DNA of 63,218 nucleotides, the filler included, from Reticulomyxa filosa (Eukaryota; Protista; Foraminifera): assembly GCA_000512085.1 (NCBI GenBank). It is 17 parts of 17 records of this genome, joined end to end, with 100 filler letters (N's around TTAATTAATTAA, not from the genome) between each part and the next. Parts side by side here need not be neighbours in the genome. Positions count along the whole stretch, not along the records: positions 1 to 6,097 come from ASPP01020335.1; positions 6,198 to 24,062 come from ASPP01025887.1; 15 more parts are not named here. One strand, written 5' to 3'. The translations under genes were made by a program, and so were the position numbers. Below, one piece after another: positions 1 through 13,398 of the stretch (positions are counted from its first letter, which is position 1; every line of letters starts with the position of its first letter). Under the pieces are notes generated by a model. The model saw only the letters and a list, made by a program, of their open reading frames with translations, made no database searches and was not told the DNA's origin.

Positions 1-1311
1 GAGATTGGTATTTCGACGTGCAGATGCGCGCCAGTCCCTCTCTCGACACGTAGAATTCAAAGGGCTCCAATGATGTCACAATTGCAAACACGCGGAAGTC
101 AAATTTGAATCCATTCAACAACAAAGGTCGATCATTATATTCTTGCAACACCAATGATTGATCTGTCTTCTCGCGAATTTCAATCTCCAAGTCGTTGTCA
201 TCTTCATTCGATCCCCTCCTCGTCGTCCTTCTTCTCCTTCTCTCTCCTTCCTCTCCTTCCTCCTCTTCTTCCTCTTCTTCCAACAGTTGTTTTGCACGTC
301 TTCGCAATGCTCGCTTGCGTTTCACTTCGTTCGTCTCTTTCAACAACTCACTGGACGCACGTTCGATGTCGTCAGCTGTTGAAATCAACTTTATACCCGT
401 TCCTTGACGTCCGGTGCTTGTCTTCACCAAGTACCACGTTCTTCGTTGCGACAAACCACTATTCTGCTGCTCCTTCTCACGTTCGCTCAGTTGACGCTGC
501 GCTTCCTTTCTCGTCGAGTAACTGAATGTCCACGTGTTCGGATAAAAGTCGTACACGTCTGGAAACACACTTTTCAATATGTTCAATCGATGCGCCATTT
601 CATGCTTGCTGCACAGCCGTTGCATGCATGGAAAACGAGACACGTACACGTTCTATCCAAATCCATTTTATTTTGTTTTATTTTTCTTTACAACTTGTCA
701 TGCAATCACAAGGATAATATATGCAGTTGACGGCTTTTGTTTTCTCTTTTAAAGTCAGAGGAACGTCACACCGCAATTTTCAAAAAAAAAAATTGGACCC
801 CTCTTCTTGGTTCCGATTTTTGTGTGTCTGTTGTGGGATCTTGCATTTTGCTTAAAGACAAAACTTCTAAAATACCATTCTTTGCTTGATACAGAGACAA
901 CGACTTCACATCCCCTTTTACAGAGTTGCGAGATGATATAATGATCATACATGGCTCGAATATCCGCTTGTCGGGTTGGACGCGCTCTCGATGGTGCAGA
1001 GGAAGTGCCAATGTGTTGTAGTCGCTTGTGGTCACTCCGTCCTCCAATACTATGAACAAAGGATAATAGAATAGTCCCACCATATTGAACAGCATTTTTC
1101 GTACTCCTGATTGCGTATTCTGCAAATCCAGTTTCCATTTGTCGATTCGCATCACTTCATCGCTCTTTTCACGTACGCTGAGGGAAGTGTCAGGAGAAGG
1201 AATGCGCACATATTGCTCTTCTTCTTCGTCTCCAGATTTGTCTTCAACAAGGCTGTCTGCTTCACTATGTGTTGATGGTTTGGTATCAGGTGAAAGTGAT
1301 GCTTGTTCCAT
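1..1311 (-). CDS. Tubulin-tyrosine-ligase-like (TTLL, TTLL11/6-like polyglutamylase), 3' partial, spliced
   Basis: Manual minus-strand translation from ~652 to 1: NVYVSRFPCMQRLCSK..FPDVYDFYPNTW..WYLVKTSTGRQGTGIKLI..VLQEYNDRPLLLNGFKFDFRVFAIVTSLEP(fs)FYVSREGLARICTSKY, matching TTL ATP-grasp motifs. The upstream ORF (MEQASLSP from ATG 1311) is the likely first exon. Not in the ORF track because the frame runs off the window. Confidence 0.85.
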
Positions 1312-1664
1312 CTTCCAATGGGAGACAATCTTTTTTTTTTTTGAAAAAAATTTGAAAGAAAAAAAAATTTGCACTTGTATATAACCAATAAAAATGAGAG
1401 TTTATCAATGTGCCTGTCTGCAATAAAAAAACCAGTGTTGATGGCTTGCAACAGACCAGATAATAACGATCCAACACTTGCAAAATGAGTCAAACAAACA
1501 CGCCCAAAAACAACGCACAGGAGAAAAACAGATAAAAAACAGAGATAAAAAAAGAACAAACATGTACAAAAAATGTGAACCCCAGCCAAAGTTAATATAC
1601 CCGAAATCAAAGCCCTCTTCCTTCACAAACACAAAAAAGAAAAAAAAAGAAAGACTCCGACGGT

Positions 1665-3755
1665 TTACTCAGAATTAAGTAATGGAGAATCGAAAATCAT
1701 TGGCAAATTCAAAATATGCGAGGACTCTTTGGATATACTCCTTTCATCTTCGAAAACGAGGTCTTGATTTTGTTTTTCAATTTGTTTCAACATTTGAACG
1801 AGTTTCTTTTGTTTTAGTGTTTCAACAAGTATTTTGCTGGCAAAGTTTAATCCAAATTCGTGAGTATCGCCAGTTGTGAATGGAGACTCTTTCGTGTGTT
1901 TTTCTGGTTCGTGTAGTAAGTCATCCACCATTGTCTCCATGTCCTCGCAGAATTCCTCTGGTTCTTCAATGTCGGCATACGCGAAGAGATCTCTCTGCGG
2001 TGATAGAGAAGGACTTGCAACGCGGTCCAGCCACCCACTTATCCCCGCAATGGCATCGTCTTCGTCCTTGAATGGTACATCCATGTCCGCGTTCGTGGCC
2101 ATTGAACACATGGACGACGCATGTTCTTTGGGGTCGTTTGAAGAATGTGCCGACAAGAGTTTCGTTTCCTTTGCATTTGTTTGTTTGTTTGTTTGTTTGA
2201 TAAAAAAGTACGACAAACAATGAAATGAACTTGCGCAGTCGAAGCAAGGAGATTCTTTTGTTCGGAAAATGCCAAGACGTGAAGTATGCGAACAAATTGT
2301 ACCACAGTGAACACGCTGGACTTCCACAAGCGTAGCGACGTCGTGGCACGATCGATGTGTGAATGTAGCGATGGGAACTCGCGGAGATCGGTCAGCCCAT
2401 TAACCCAAGGGTGAGCCAATGCTCGGACGCTACAGACACGACGTGTGGGATCGGTTTGCAGCAGATCTTTAAGCAGACCGATCGCAGTCGACGGCACTTG
2501 CATTTGCAATGTATCTTGCGAGAACAGACACATACACAAACATGAATATAAAAATGCAAATCCAAATGGATAACAAAAGTGGATATACGTAAGTAATACG
2601 GAAAGGTCATGACATTGTGAGAGTACACGTACACACCGGCATTAAAGTGGACAATGTCTTGGGCTAGTTGTGTTCTGGAAAAGTCGCACTGCAGGTCCCA
2701 ATGGAACAGGTGTTTGGCCGTGAGCATAAAGAACAAGGTACATCCGACACTCCACATATCGATTGAGTGATCGTATGGTATCGCGAGATACATTTCCGGC
2801 GCGGCATAAGCAGGGGTCCCCACAAATCCTGTCACTTTGGACCATTCACCGCCTCTCATCTCGTCTCCGTGGTCTTGTGACTGTTGGCTCAGCCATTGCA
2901 TTTGCACAACCGTCGTGAAATCGCAAATTTTAACACGCATTTGGCTGTCCAGCAGGATGTTGTCCGGCTTTATGTCTCTGTGGATCACTCCTCTCTTGTG
3001 CAGATAATCGACGCCATGCAACACCTGACACAGCAACGCCGACAAGGCTTTCTCCTTGAGCGTCGCATGATGGATCACTATCGCGTCTTGCAGAGTTCCG
3101 CAGTCGGAATATTCCATCACGTAGCTCATGTCTTCTCGCTTGTCAAAGCTATCTTCAATTCGCACGATTGTGGGATGGTTGCACTGTCTCAGGATTTTAA
3201 GCTCCATGTATTGTCCATGGATCTGGGCTGGCGTCAATCTTCTCTTGTCCACACACTACTTTATGTCATATTTGTGTCAGTATACGTTTCCTTTTCAAAC
3301 ACACGCATACACAATCACCAAACTTTACACGCAAATATTGTCCCGTCCGACAAACGTTGACAGCGGTATACCGTGGCGTAACGACCTTCTCCTAACTTAC
3401 TTTCGATTTTGTACTGCGCGCTGAAAGGGATCAATTGTGGCAATGGGCAATCGCCAGAGACGAGTCCTTTGTTCTCAATGTGGTTTAGTAGCTTTCCTTC
3501 TTGACCTTTCCATGCGTACAATAACTTCTCAATGTGACCAAACTTCAATTCATTTTTAAAGACATAGCATTGCAAATATTTTCTTATTTGCTCGATCGAA
3601 CAAGGTTCGCCATGATACAAAAAACTCCAGGCAATCGACGAGTGGACAGGAATCTCCCCCTTCGTCACTGATTCTTTCAAGTAGCCTTCGTTTATCAATT
3701 CATCTACCAATCGCCACAAATCATTTTTTTTTGATTTTTCTATAGCGTCAACCAT
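1665..3755 (-). CDS. Ser/Thr protein kinase (CAMK-like) with N- and C-terminal extensions, about 4 exons
   Basis: LGEGRYATVY..FACK, HRDIKPDNILL, DFTT (in place of DFG), GTPAYAAPE, DMWSVG, DPTRR..ALAHPW across ORFs 3315-3824, 2392-3252, 2039-2539 and 1665-2327. Confidence 0.88.
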
Positions 3756-5124
3756 TTTCGACGTGAAGTTGAAAACGACTAAAAATTTTTTCAAAGTTAA
3801 AAAGCTCTTTGCTTCTGTTTTCAATTATTTTATTGACTGTAACCAGCCATTTCATTTCACGTCTTCTGAAATATGAACCGATTTAAAGTAATTATTTATT
3901 TTTTTCATTCAATTAAATCAAAATGTTGGTGTTTAATACAAACAACTACAGTCTTCGTGCGTGACAGGTTTCGTTTGTCATCTCAATTAATCAAGATTTT
4001 TGCTTGGATATCAGTGTGCTGTTGAATATTAAAGTTCAGCATTAAATTGTATTCAGTTCATTGTTTTTTTATCAAGTGATAAATCATTTATTTGTGATAT
4101 CAAATATTGAAAAAAATTTCAAATATTTAATAAGCACACAAGTAATGTTTAGAAATTTACATACGATAATTGTTGCCTATATTTGTGTTCTAAATTACGT
4201 GGCAATAATTGTTTATGATGTGTTAAAACATATAAAATATTGCATATTTTCCTACTAACTTACTCGTTTTCATTTCCTTTTTTTATTGCTATTGTCATTA
4301 TATTCTTTTTGATTAATTTACTTGTTTTTTTATGAGAAATCTCTCAGATAGCAATATTTTTGTATTACGCTTTGTGCGACAATCAGCGTCCCACAAACAC
4401 AAAGATTGAATCGTTAAAAGCCATCGCAAGTGGAAATATTAACAATAATTAAAAAATTCAATAACAAAATTCATGATAAACCAAAGTATTCTAAGAACAA
4501 ATAAATAAAACAAATTATAAAAATAGAAATACAACATCTTACAAAATCAAAAGAAAAATAGCCAAAAACCAAAGAAAAATCCAAAATTAATAAAATAATA
4601 ATGCTGCAGAAATAATGAAAATATTTTTAATTGATAAAAAATTGTAAAAAAAATTTTTTTGAAACAATCAGATATTATTTTGTATTTTTAAAAATATTGA
4701 TTTTTCAAATAGAAAATCGATCAATTCATAATGTGAAATTTTGTTTTGTAATGACTTTTATCACTAAGTGGAAGCTTACATTTAAGTTATATCCAATTTG
4801 TTTTCTTCAATACAATACTTAAATCTTTTTTATACAATCTATTCATAAATGACGTCAATTTCTTGTCATCATATTGTACAATTAGTCTCCCTCTGTTGTT
4901 AAAAGAGAAATACTGTAACATTCTGGGTACTTGCAAGTTTGTCATGATCTAAACCGAATTTGTTGAACACTATATTTTAAATTTATTTAGAAATCTTGGT
5001 ATCTGTAAAATCTTCGGATTTACTTTATGCAAAAAGATCGAAATATGATTATTGTTTTAAAAGAACTATTTCGTGTGACTGCGACTTGTTGGCCAGGGAA
5101 GGTAAAAAGAAGTCAATAAAAATA

Positions 5125-6050
5125 ATGAGTTTGCAGCCGAATCAAGATTCTGGAAATGTTGAATTGGGAGCATTTGATAGAAAACCGTCATTGAAAAGTG
5201 GGTATAGTGAAGTGAATATCCATGACACGACAGATGTAATTCCAACAATGGAACGGCAGCGAAGCGACGAACGAAGGTTATCCCGTCAAGCATCAACAGA
5301 ATTCTTGCGGCAAATGGGTCGTCGTTCAAGTGTGACAAACATAGCACATTTTGTGCCCTCACCAATAGCGAATGCAGTACCGTTTTTAAATCGAAGTGAG
5401 CCAGGAGCAATGGTCCAAGAGACATATTTCTGTCACATATGTTTTACGAACAACGCAAAGAAAGAAGGTTTTCAATTGTCGAATTGCAACCATATGTTTT
5501 GTACGGAATGTATCAAAGGATACTGGAGTAGCCGTATTGAGAATGGCAACGTGCATTTGAAGTGTTTTTATCCAATCAACGAAACAGGGTACATTTATAC
5601 GAAAGAGAAGTCAAAAAAGAGGAGGAAATAAATTGACTGCAACAGTTGAACAAGCAAATGATTGAAACAAAACAAAAATAAAAAAAAAGGAATGAATACT
5701 GCGCAAAAGAGGTGAATGAATTGGACATTGTTCAAGTGGTGAGCGAGGATATCAAAAACAAATACTTTCGCTTCAAACAAAATTTGGAAAATCCAAACGC
5801 TCGACAGTGTCCGACGTGTGAGCATACTCAAAATGGCGATCCACACAATCCAATCATGACGTGCCAAAAATGCGATACCAAATATTGTTTGTATCATAGC
5901 GTCGCACACCCTATCGACGAGCGCTGCGAAGCCTATGAATCGCGCACGCTCAAAGAGGACAAGCTAAACCAAGAGGTCACCAAAGACGCCAAAAGTTGTC
6001 CTCGATGCAAATACTTAATTGAGAAAAGCGGTGGTTGCAATCACATGAAA
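5125..6050 (+). CDS. RBR (RING-IBR-RING2, Ariadne/RNF144-like) E3 ubiquitin ligase, 3' partial
   Basis: RING1 CHIC..CNHMFCTEC..C; IBR CPTC..CQKC..CLYH..H..C; RING2 CPRC..IEKSGGCNHM. One intron at about 5590-5690. Confidence 0.9.
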
Positions 6051-6058
6051 GTTCTGTC

Positions 6059-6097
<39 letters not shown>

Positions 6098-6197
6098 NNN
6101 NNNNNNNNNNNNNNNNNNNNNNNNNNNNNNNNNNNNNNNNNTTAATTAATTAANNNNNNNNNNNNNNNNNNNNNNNNNNNNNNNNNNNNNNNNNNNN
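6098..6197. other. Artificial contig spacer N44-TTAATTAATTAA-N44 (first of 16; others start at 24063, 25657, 27333, 35518, 36650, 38792, 42669, 44182, 45856, 51045, 52801, 54048, 59573, 60779, 61925)
   Basis: Identical 100-nt block with stop codons in all six frames; genes are cut off at its edges. Confidence 0.98.
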
Positions 6198-7671
6198 TAC
6201 ATTGTTTTGGGTTAGTAAAAGCAATGATAAAAAGAATGACTAATTTGCACCTTGCATTTGGTTTGTAGAAAAGACATAAGAAAAAAAAAGAATAAAGACA
6301 TATGCACATAACATAAATAAAGCAAACAAAATAAGGCGTGCGTGTGATATATCCAATTTGATTGGTGGAAATGCAACAATTCACACTCAAATTGAAGGAA
6401 AATTGAAACAAGTAAAAATATTTGTGAAAGATGACAAAATTATTCGAAATACTAGGTTGTATCAATAAACAAAAGTATTTTAAAAACATTGAAAAAAACT
6501 GTCTGGAGAAAATATTCGAACATGTACATACACATAAAGTGAATCCACTCAATAGTACGGACACTTTGCAATTCCAATAAAGAAAGCTTGGGACAATGTT
6601 CATCACTTTTGTAGCACGAGTATTGTATTTGAAAATGAAAAAGTTGAAGATATCTACAATCTTGCCAAAATATGGTATGGTAAACACTTGGATCCTGATT
6701 GGAAAAAAGGACTGTGCCTGAGGCATTTCAATTTTCCAAAAGTGTGTAACGGCTCATCAAATTTGGGACTACCAATTGAAAATCAAAGACAAAAATTTTG
6801 ATTACGTTTTTTCTTTCTTTGTCATTGAAAATTACAAAATACTTTTTAAAAAAATTGACAGCTGTGTTTATCAATGTTTATGGAATTTGTCAATCTTTTT
6901 TAATTTGATTACTGGGTTGTTGACTAAAACTGCATGGTGTTTTAATGCTGCATTGAAGAGCAAAAGCAAATCTGGATTTCATGTGGAAAAGAAAGTTAAA
7001 AAAAATGTCAAATTCATATATACTCATAGTGATTTTACCAGTAAGAAGAAGATGTGAATACGTGACCAGAAGAATTATTTAATAAACAAAATAAATATAG
7101 CATATTGACCAAAGACTTTTTCTAACCTACTGTCATACTATTGATTCAAGTAAATTTTTTTTGATAAATAATGATTTGAACAACTTTTTAAACAATTATT
7201 AACAAATTAAAATATAAATTTGAAATTACAAATTAAAAAAAGTATTACTGTTTAAAACAAAAAGGAAACCTTTTAGGAGTGAATTTTTTTAATTACAAAC
7301 TCCGTTAGTTGTTCTTTCAATTATTGATTTCTTCTTTTTTTTTATCAAAACGAAAATGATGTATATCATAAAGAAACTCGTTCAAGGTAAAAAAGATAAA
7401 ATGTTTGACCAAAAACGAAGTAGTTGTTATTGCAAAAACGTTAGAACAAAAATGTATAAATAAAATAAATTGAATAGTTATTGGTGTCCTGCTATGAAGT
7501 CCTGCAATGTTATTTTTTGTGAACCATGTTATTAGTCGATGCTAGACCGACAATGTATTATTTTTTGATAAAAAAAAGCATTGTAAACAAAAAAATACAT
7601 TGAAATAAAAAAAAATATATGGTTATTTGTCATTATGTTCCATGCGACTCTATTGGTATGATCTTCCTGAG

Positions 7672-8141
7672 ACTCGTTCCCTCTGCCTCTCGTCCAATCT
7701 CTGCTGCTCGTTCCCTTTGCCGCTCGTTTCCTCTGCGGCTCTTCCCTGCTGCTCGTCTTCCCTGCGACTCTTCACTGCGACTCGTCGTTCCTGCTTCGCG
7801 TCGTTCATGCTCGTCGTCGTTGCTGTGAGTATTTTTTGTTTGGTTCTTTTTATGGGTGTTCATGTGGCTCCTTTTATGGTTGTTCCTGTGGTTATTTTTA
7901 TGGATGTTCATGTGGCTCTTCTTATATGTGTGTTCCTGCTGCTCTTTTTCGTACATTCGGGTGATTGGATTATATATCCGATCATCGTTTTTACTGGTTT
8001 TCGTCGCGTTTTTGTGGATATCTTTGTGTTAATATCCCAATGGCTATCTGTTTTTTTTACTACAGTCCGCAGCGAATCTGTTGATATATCCCAATGGCTA
8101 TCTTGTTTTTTGCAGTCCGCAGCGATAGAATCTGTGGGATT
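7672..8141. repeat. Three adjacent degenerate tandem arrays (~15-18 bp CTCGTTCCCTGC-like units; 24 bp x4; ~55 bp x2)
   Basis: 24-mer TTTTATGGnTGTTCmTGTGGCTC repeated ~7846-7945; ATATCCCAATGGCTATCT...CAGTCCGCAGCGA duplicated at ~8032 and ~8086. Confidence 0.7.
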
Positions 8142-9783
8142 TTTGGGTCACGATTATTTAAATTCGCATTGGAAAAAAATGGACAATTGGGAACGATACA
8201 TTTGACTAAGTGTCAATCAAAGTCATATGACCATCGTGACACCACATGTGAAAATGATGGCAACGATAATAATATCAATCTATCTCCATGCATGCTAACG
8301 TGTCATCATTCACTACTGGCGAGCATTGCCAATAATCATGCTTCCTTTCGTTCCCTTGGCTACACTAACAAAGATACAAGATACTGCTGAAGACAAATTC
8401 TTTGGGCCGAGTCTTATAGTGTAATCATGCGGACTTATCATTGATTTTTAGAATTATGCATTCTTCAAAAAAATTTAAATTAAACTTCTTTCATTTACTT
8501 TACGTTTTGAAACGTTTGTCTGTTTTTGATATTGAAAAGAACGACATAATGCAAAATAATAATAATAATACAGAGTGATCCTGATTTTTGTATACTATTT
8601 GTCGAGAAATCTATTGCAGATGGATCATCCAATAGAACAAAAACGCATGCAACGACAACGACCTCCACATCGCGTTTTTGATTATAATCCTATCTTACAT
8701 ACTGAAAGTTCCTAATGAATCTAAACTTTTTGGAACATTGACAAGCATTTTGTGACATTCAGTTCAAATTCGAGGAAATGCACAAAACTAACCTAATGTA
8801 CTATCTACTGCCGACACAAATCCAAAAAATCGAAAATACCGTTTTGGAAATAAACTCTTTGAAAGTTTATACAGGAAAAAAAAAGCTTCAAAAGCAAGAT
8901 CTGTTCACTGTTTTTTTATGGTCAGTCTTATTAAATTTGCAAGATGCTATTTGTGTTGATAATTGTATAATAAACTATTGAAAATGTTTATTGTTATGAA
9001 GATTTCACAATATGTTGTGTTTGTTTAGCTTTATTTTGTCATAAAACAAATTACTAGTTGAAGTAAGTTTATAATGAAAAATTTAAACCCAAAACAAACA
9101 CTTGATGAGTGTGCATTAAAGAGAAAATGACAATAACTTTACGCTATCAAAAGTTTGGTCGAGTCCTAAAATAAAATCAAAGCAATATTGCAATCTTTTT
9201 TAAAATATGAAGTCAAACAAAAAAAATGTCTGATTTTTTTATGAAACTTTCAAACAGCTGGCAAGTCAGAAAGCAAAGATTCAAAATTGAAAACACTGAT
9301 TTAAACAAAGAAGAAGTTTCGAAACATTAATAAATCATAGACTATCGTTCACCAATTGCCATCAAGAAATTTCTTTTAAATTTGATTTGAATTTTTGTTT
9401 ATTAAATTTTTTAGAATATTTTCGAGGTGAGACAAATCTCACGATATTGCTCATCAAGCTATTGTTATGACCGGTTAGAACAATTTTATCTAATCGCTTA
9501 CATAGTTAGCAAAAGCCTAGGCATTCTTAGACAGATTCGTGTTACATTCAAAAAGGATTAAATTTGATGTAAACAGCCAAATGTTCTCTTTTTTACCACC
9601 ATAGAAGGAAAAAATAAATAAATAAATAATACATATACAACACACATCCAAAAAAAAAAATGATACAACACTCCATAAAAGAATTGGAGAGAATAAACGA
9701 AAAAATAAATAAGATAAAATGTGTATATTTGCATAGCATATGTTGGATATGTGTGTACAATTATAGTGAAGGAAACAAATTAA

Positions 9784-12700
9784 TTAAGGATGAGATAAAT
9801 GAAGAACATCTTGAAAACGTTGAAGTAAAGAAAAGGAGGAATCTCCATGCATTAATAAATGAAGAGAATCGCTAAGTAATTCAGCTTTATTTAAAATTGA
9901 ACCCTATAATATTGATAATAATATTATTATTATATATGTATATACTTATATAAATATATCTATAAATACAAAACTTGTAAACCAGCTAAACGAGCACAAT
10001 GAATTCCATGACTTTCTTTACAAATTCCTTTGGTAAAATGATATAAAAAAGTAATAAGATTATCTTGTTTAGCAAATGACATATGATACATAGCAACAGC
10101 AGGATTATGAATAAAAGCATCACAAATACCATGATAATGAGTACTAAAAAGAGATCTACATTGAATAACGTCAATAAGATATTGTGCAACACTTTGAGCA
10201 ATAGCAGTACCATCAAAAGTACTTGTACCCCGTCCTAATTCATCTAAAATAACTAAACTATTAGAAGTAGCATGACGAAGAATATTAGAAGTTTCTTCTA
10301 ATTCTACCATAAAAGTAGATTGTCCCATAAGAATACGATCATTGGCACCAACACGAGTAAAAATACGATCAATAGGAGTAAGACGACAAAGAGAAGAAGG
10401 AACAAAACAACCAATATGAGCTAATATCATACAAATACATGTTTGTCTAAGAAGTGTAGATTTACCACCCATATTAGGACCAGTTACAATAATAAAATTA
10501 GAAGAATTTTCTTCACAACCAAGAATAGTATCATTAGGTATATATTGTGAACCATGATTACTATTATTATATGATATATTTTCTGTATCTATTAAACAAG
10601 GATGTCTTGCTTGTCTTAATTCTAAAAAAGGTTTATTATTTGGTGAATCTTTCAAATCTATAAATATGGGCTTACTCATTTCAAATGAAGTATAATAACT
10701 AACATATGATAAGCTTAATAAACAATCAAGATCTGCTAAATTATTTACAACTTTTCTCCACATAGTTGAATATTGTGCAAAATCTGCAAATATTATTCTT
10801 GCACTATCTCTTAATAACATTTCTTCTTTTTCTTTTAATTGATTTAATAAATCAGTATATTTAATTACTTCTGGAATTCTATATCTAACAACTTTTGTTG
10901 TACTAGCTACTTGTTGCCAACTTTCTGGTATATTAATATTTTTTATTTTTGATTTTGAAAATTCTAATTGAAAGCTACGATTTTTACCTTTTTGTGTTTG
11001 ATATTTAATATTTTTATCTTTGTATTCATTTTGATAATGTCTTAAAATTTTATCTAATTCATTATAACATTCTTGTTGTTCAATAAGACAATTATCATAT
11101 TCTTTATTTATGTCAGATTTTGGACGAATAAATCCTGTTGATTTTGCTTCTGTAATATCAAAACCATTTTTAAAATAATTTAATTGTTTTTTTAATTTTA
11201 TTAAATCATCTCCTAATATCATTAATTGATTTAATAATTTTATATTTTTAAATAAATGATTATTAGATTCAAATAAATCAAAAATATTAAATGCCGTTTC
11301 TAATCCATCTAAGCATTGACAAAATGTTTTTACTTTTCTTGTTTTCCATGCATCATCAAACATAACTGCTTTATCCATTATACGATTTGTACCTAATGCA
11401 GAAATACGAGCTAATAATCTCATAAGATCAGGTAATGATTTTAATTTCAAAGATATTTGTTGAATAAAATTATTTTCTTGTCTTGTTTCTTCAAAAATTG
11501 TTATTTGTTTTATTAAAAATTCTACACAATCTAATCTTTCATTTATCATAACAATATCTTTTAAAGGAGATATAATCCATTCTTTTAATCTTCTTTGTCC
11601 AAATGCAGTTTGACATTTATTTAAAAAAGAAAATAAAGTTCCTTTTGTATTACCATCTTCATTGCATAATATTTCTAAATTAGTTATTGTTGCACCATCT
11701 AATGACATATAATGACATATAGAATTATCACTATTATCATATACTTTCCATTCACTATTAGGAATTATTTGTGTATCAAGTAATAATGATTTTAAATATA
11801 AAATTATATTACCAATACATTGTATTTGCATATCATCATTCCAAATATTTTGTAATATAGTTGGCATATTTGTTTTATCTTTCCAATATAATTTATTATT
11901 CATTAATTCTTGTCGAATTTGTATAGAATTCCATATTTGTCCTCCATCAACAGCTTCTGTTAATGATACATAAAATGCATCTCTTGACTCTGTCTTTAAC
12001 ATTTTTAATGTTTCTAATGACGTTTCATTTTTATTGTAAACAATTTCAGTTGGACGAATTTGTACAAGTAATGTGCGAAGATTAGTTCTATTTCTATCAT
12101 CTCTAAAAGATCCAATATAAAATTGTCCAATTGTAACATCAACAAAACAAATAGAAATAAGTATATTATTATTATCATATTTTTTTTGTTCTTGCTTTTG
12201 TTCACAAATGCCAAGTAAATAGCAATCATTTATTATTATTTTCATTACCTATAGCTTCATCTGTTGCTCCTAATGTTCCTTTTGTTACTACTTGACATAT
12301 AGTACGTGTAGTAATGCAGTACTTTTATTTATTCTTTTTTTTGCTTCTTCGGGAGTTTCCATTTGTTCAATACGATATACTTTATGTCCATAATTTACAA
12401 ATGCGTCTGCATATTTTGCAAATGAATTTTCTGGAAATCCAACATGTGGCATTGCTTCTTTTTTACCTTTAATCATTTCTAATCCACAAATTTCATTGCC
12501 TAATTCTGCATCCATATAAAATAATTCATAAAATTTTCCATCTTAAAAAATAATACTCCATCAAAATGATCTGATTTTATTTCCCAATATTGCTTTTGGC
12601 AGGAGTTAATTCATCTAAATCACGTTTTGGAACTAACAATGTTTTTGGATTATAGCCTTCTTCTCCTTTTTTTTATTCCATTTTTATCACGTGGATTTTT

Positions 12701-13398
12701 ATACCATTCTTTATTTCTTACATTATTTACTTCTTCTTTTATATCTTCATTATCTTTTTTTGTTTTTTTGTTTTTTTCTTTTTCTTCTCGTTTTATCAAA
12801 GTCTTACCACAACCAAATTTGTCTATGTCATTCAATGTATCCACCGCTTTTTCTTCATTTTTATTATCCTCTTCTTCCTCTTCCTCCTTCTCTTTCTCTT
12901 CTTCTTGCTCCTCTTCTCCTTGTCCTAATTCATTCCAATCTTTATTTTCTTTGTCATTATCCTCTTCATCGCTCTCCTTTATCACTAATCTTCTTTTTTT
13001 CAATGCAGGTTGACCTTCTTCTCCTTCCATTTCTTCTTCTTCTTCGACCTCTTTTCTGCTTCTTTTTTTTCCTGCTTTTTTCTTTTTTTTTGTTTAGGTT
13101 GCACCCAATCATTTTTTTGTTTTACACTTGTACGGAAAAAAAAACATTCATAAACAAATATTAGTTTTTTTTTTACATTTGTCTGCGTTTTCTTCGCACT
13201 CTTTGTTTTTGCTTTTTTTGGTGTTTTTTCTCTTTCAGTCTTTTTTGCTGTTCCTTTTCTCTCTTCTTCTTCTATTATTGCCTTTGTTTCCAATTTTGTC
13301 GTTTTTGTGCTTGCTTTTGCTGTTTCTGGCGTTTTTGGTACCGAATCTCCTTTTTTCGGGGTTAAGCTCCACAAGGAAAACAACGTTCTTTGATTCAT
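9784..13398 (-). CDS. MSH6: DNA mismatch repair protein MSH6
   Basis: N-terminal PIP-like QRTLFSLW; domain I QYWEIKSDHFDGVLFFKxGKFYELF and HVGFPE; GPNMGGKSTLLRQ, DRIFTRVGAND, STFMVEL, DELGRGTST, FSTHYH. Last exon GSILNKA..HP* ends at 9784. Several 1-nt frameshifts in 12240-12660. Confidence 0.93.

Noticed and set aside
154-730. Plus-strand Ser/Leu/Phe-rich ORFs (also 12627-13571)
   Set aside because: Antisense to E/K/R-rich coding sequence of TTLL and MSH6.
4849-4858. TGACGTCA / TTACGTCA CRE-like sites (also 18821, 58441)
   Set aside because: Too short and too few to distinguish from chance without enrichment statistics.
6142-6153. Recurrent TTAATTAATTAA as a biological repeat or CRISPR-like array
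   Set aside because: Always centred in fixed N runs; it is a six-frame stop linker.
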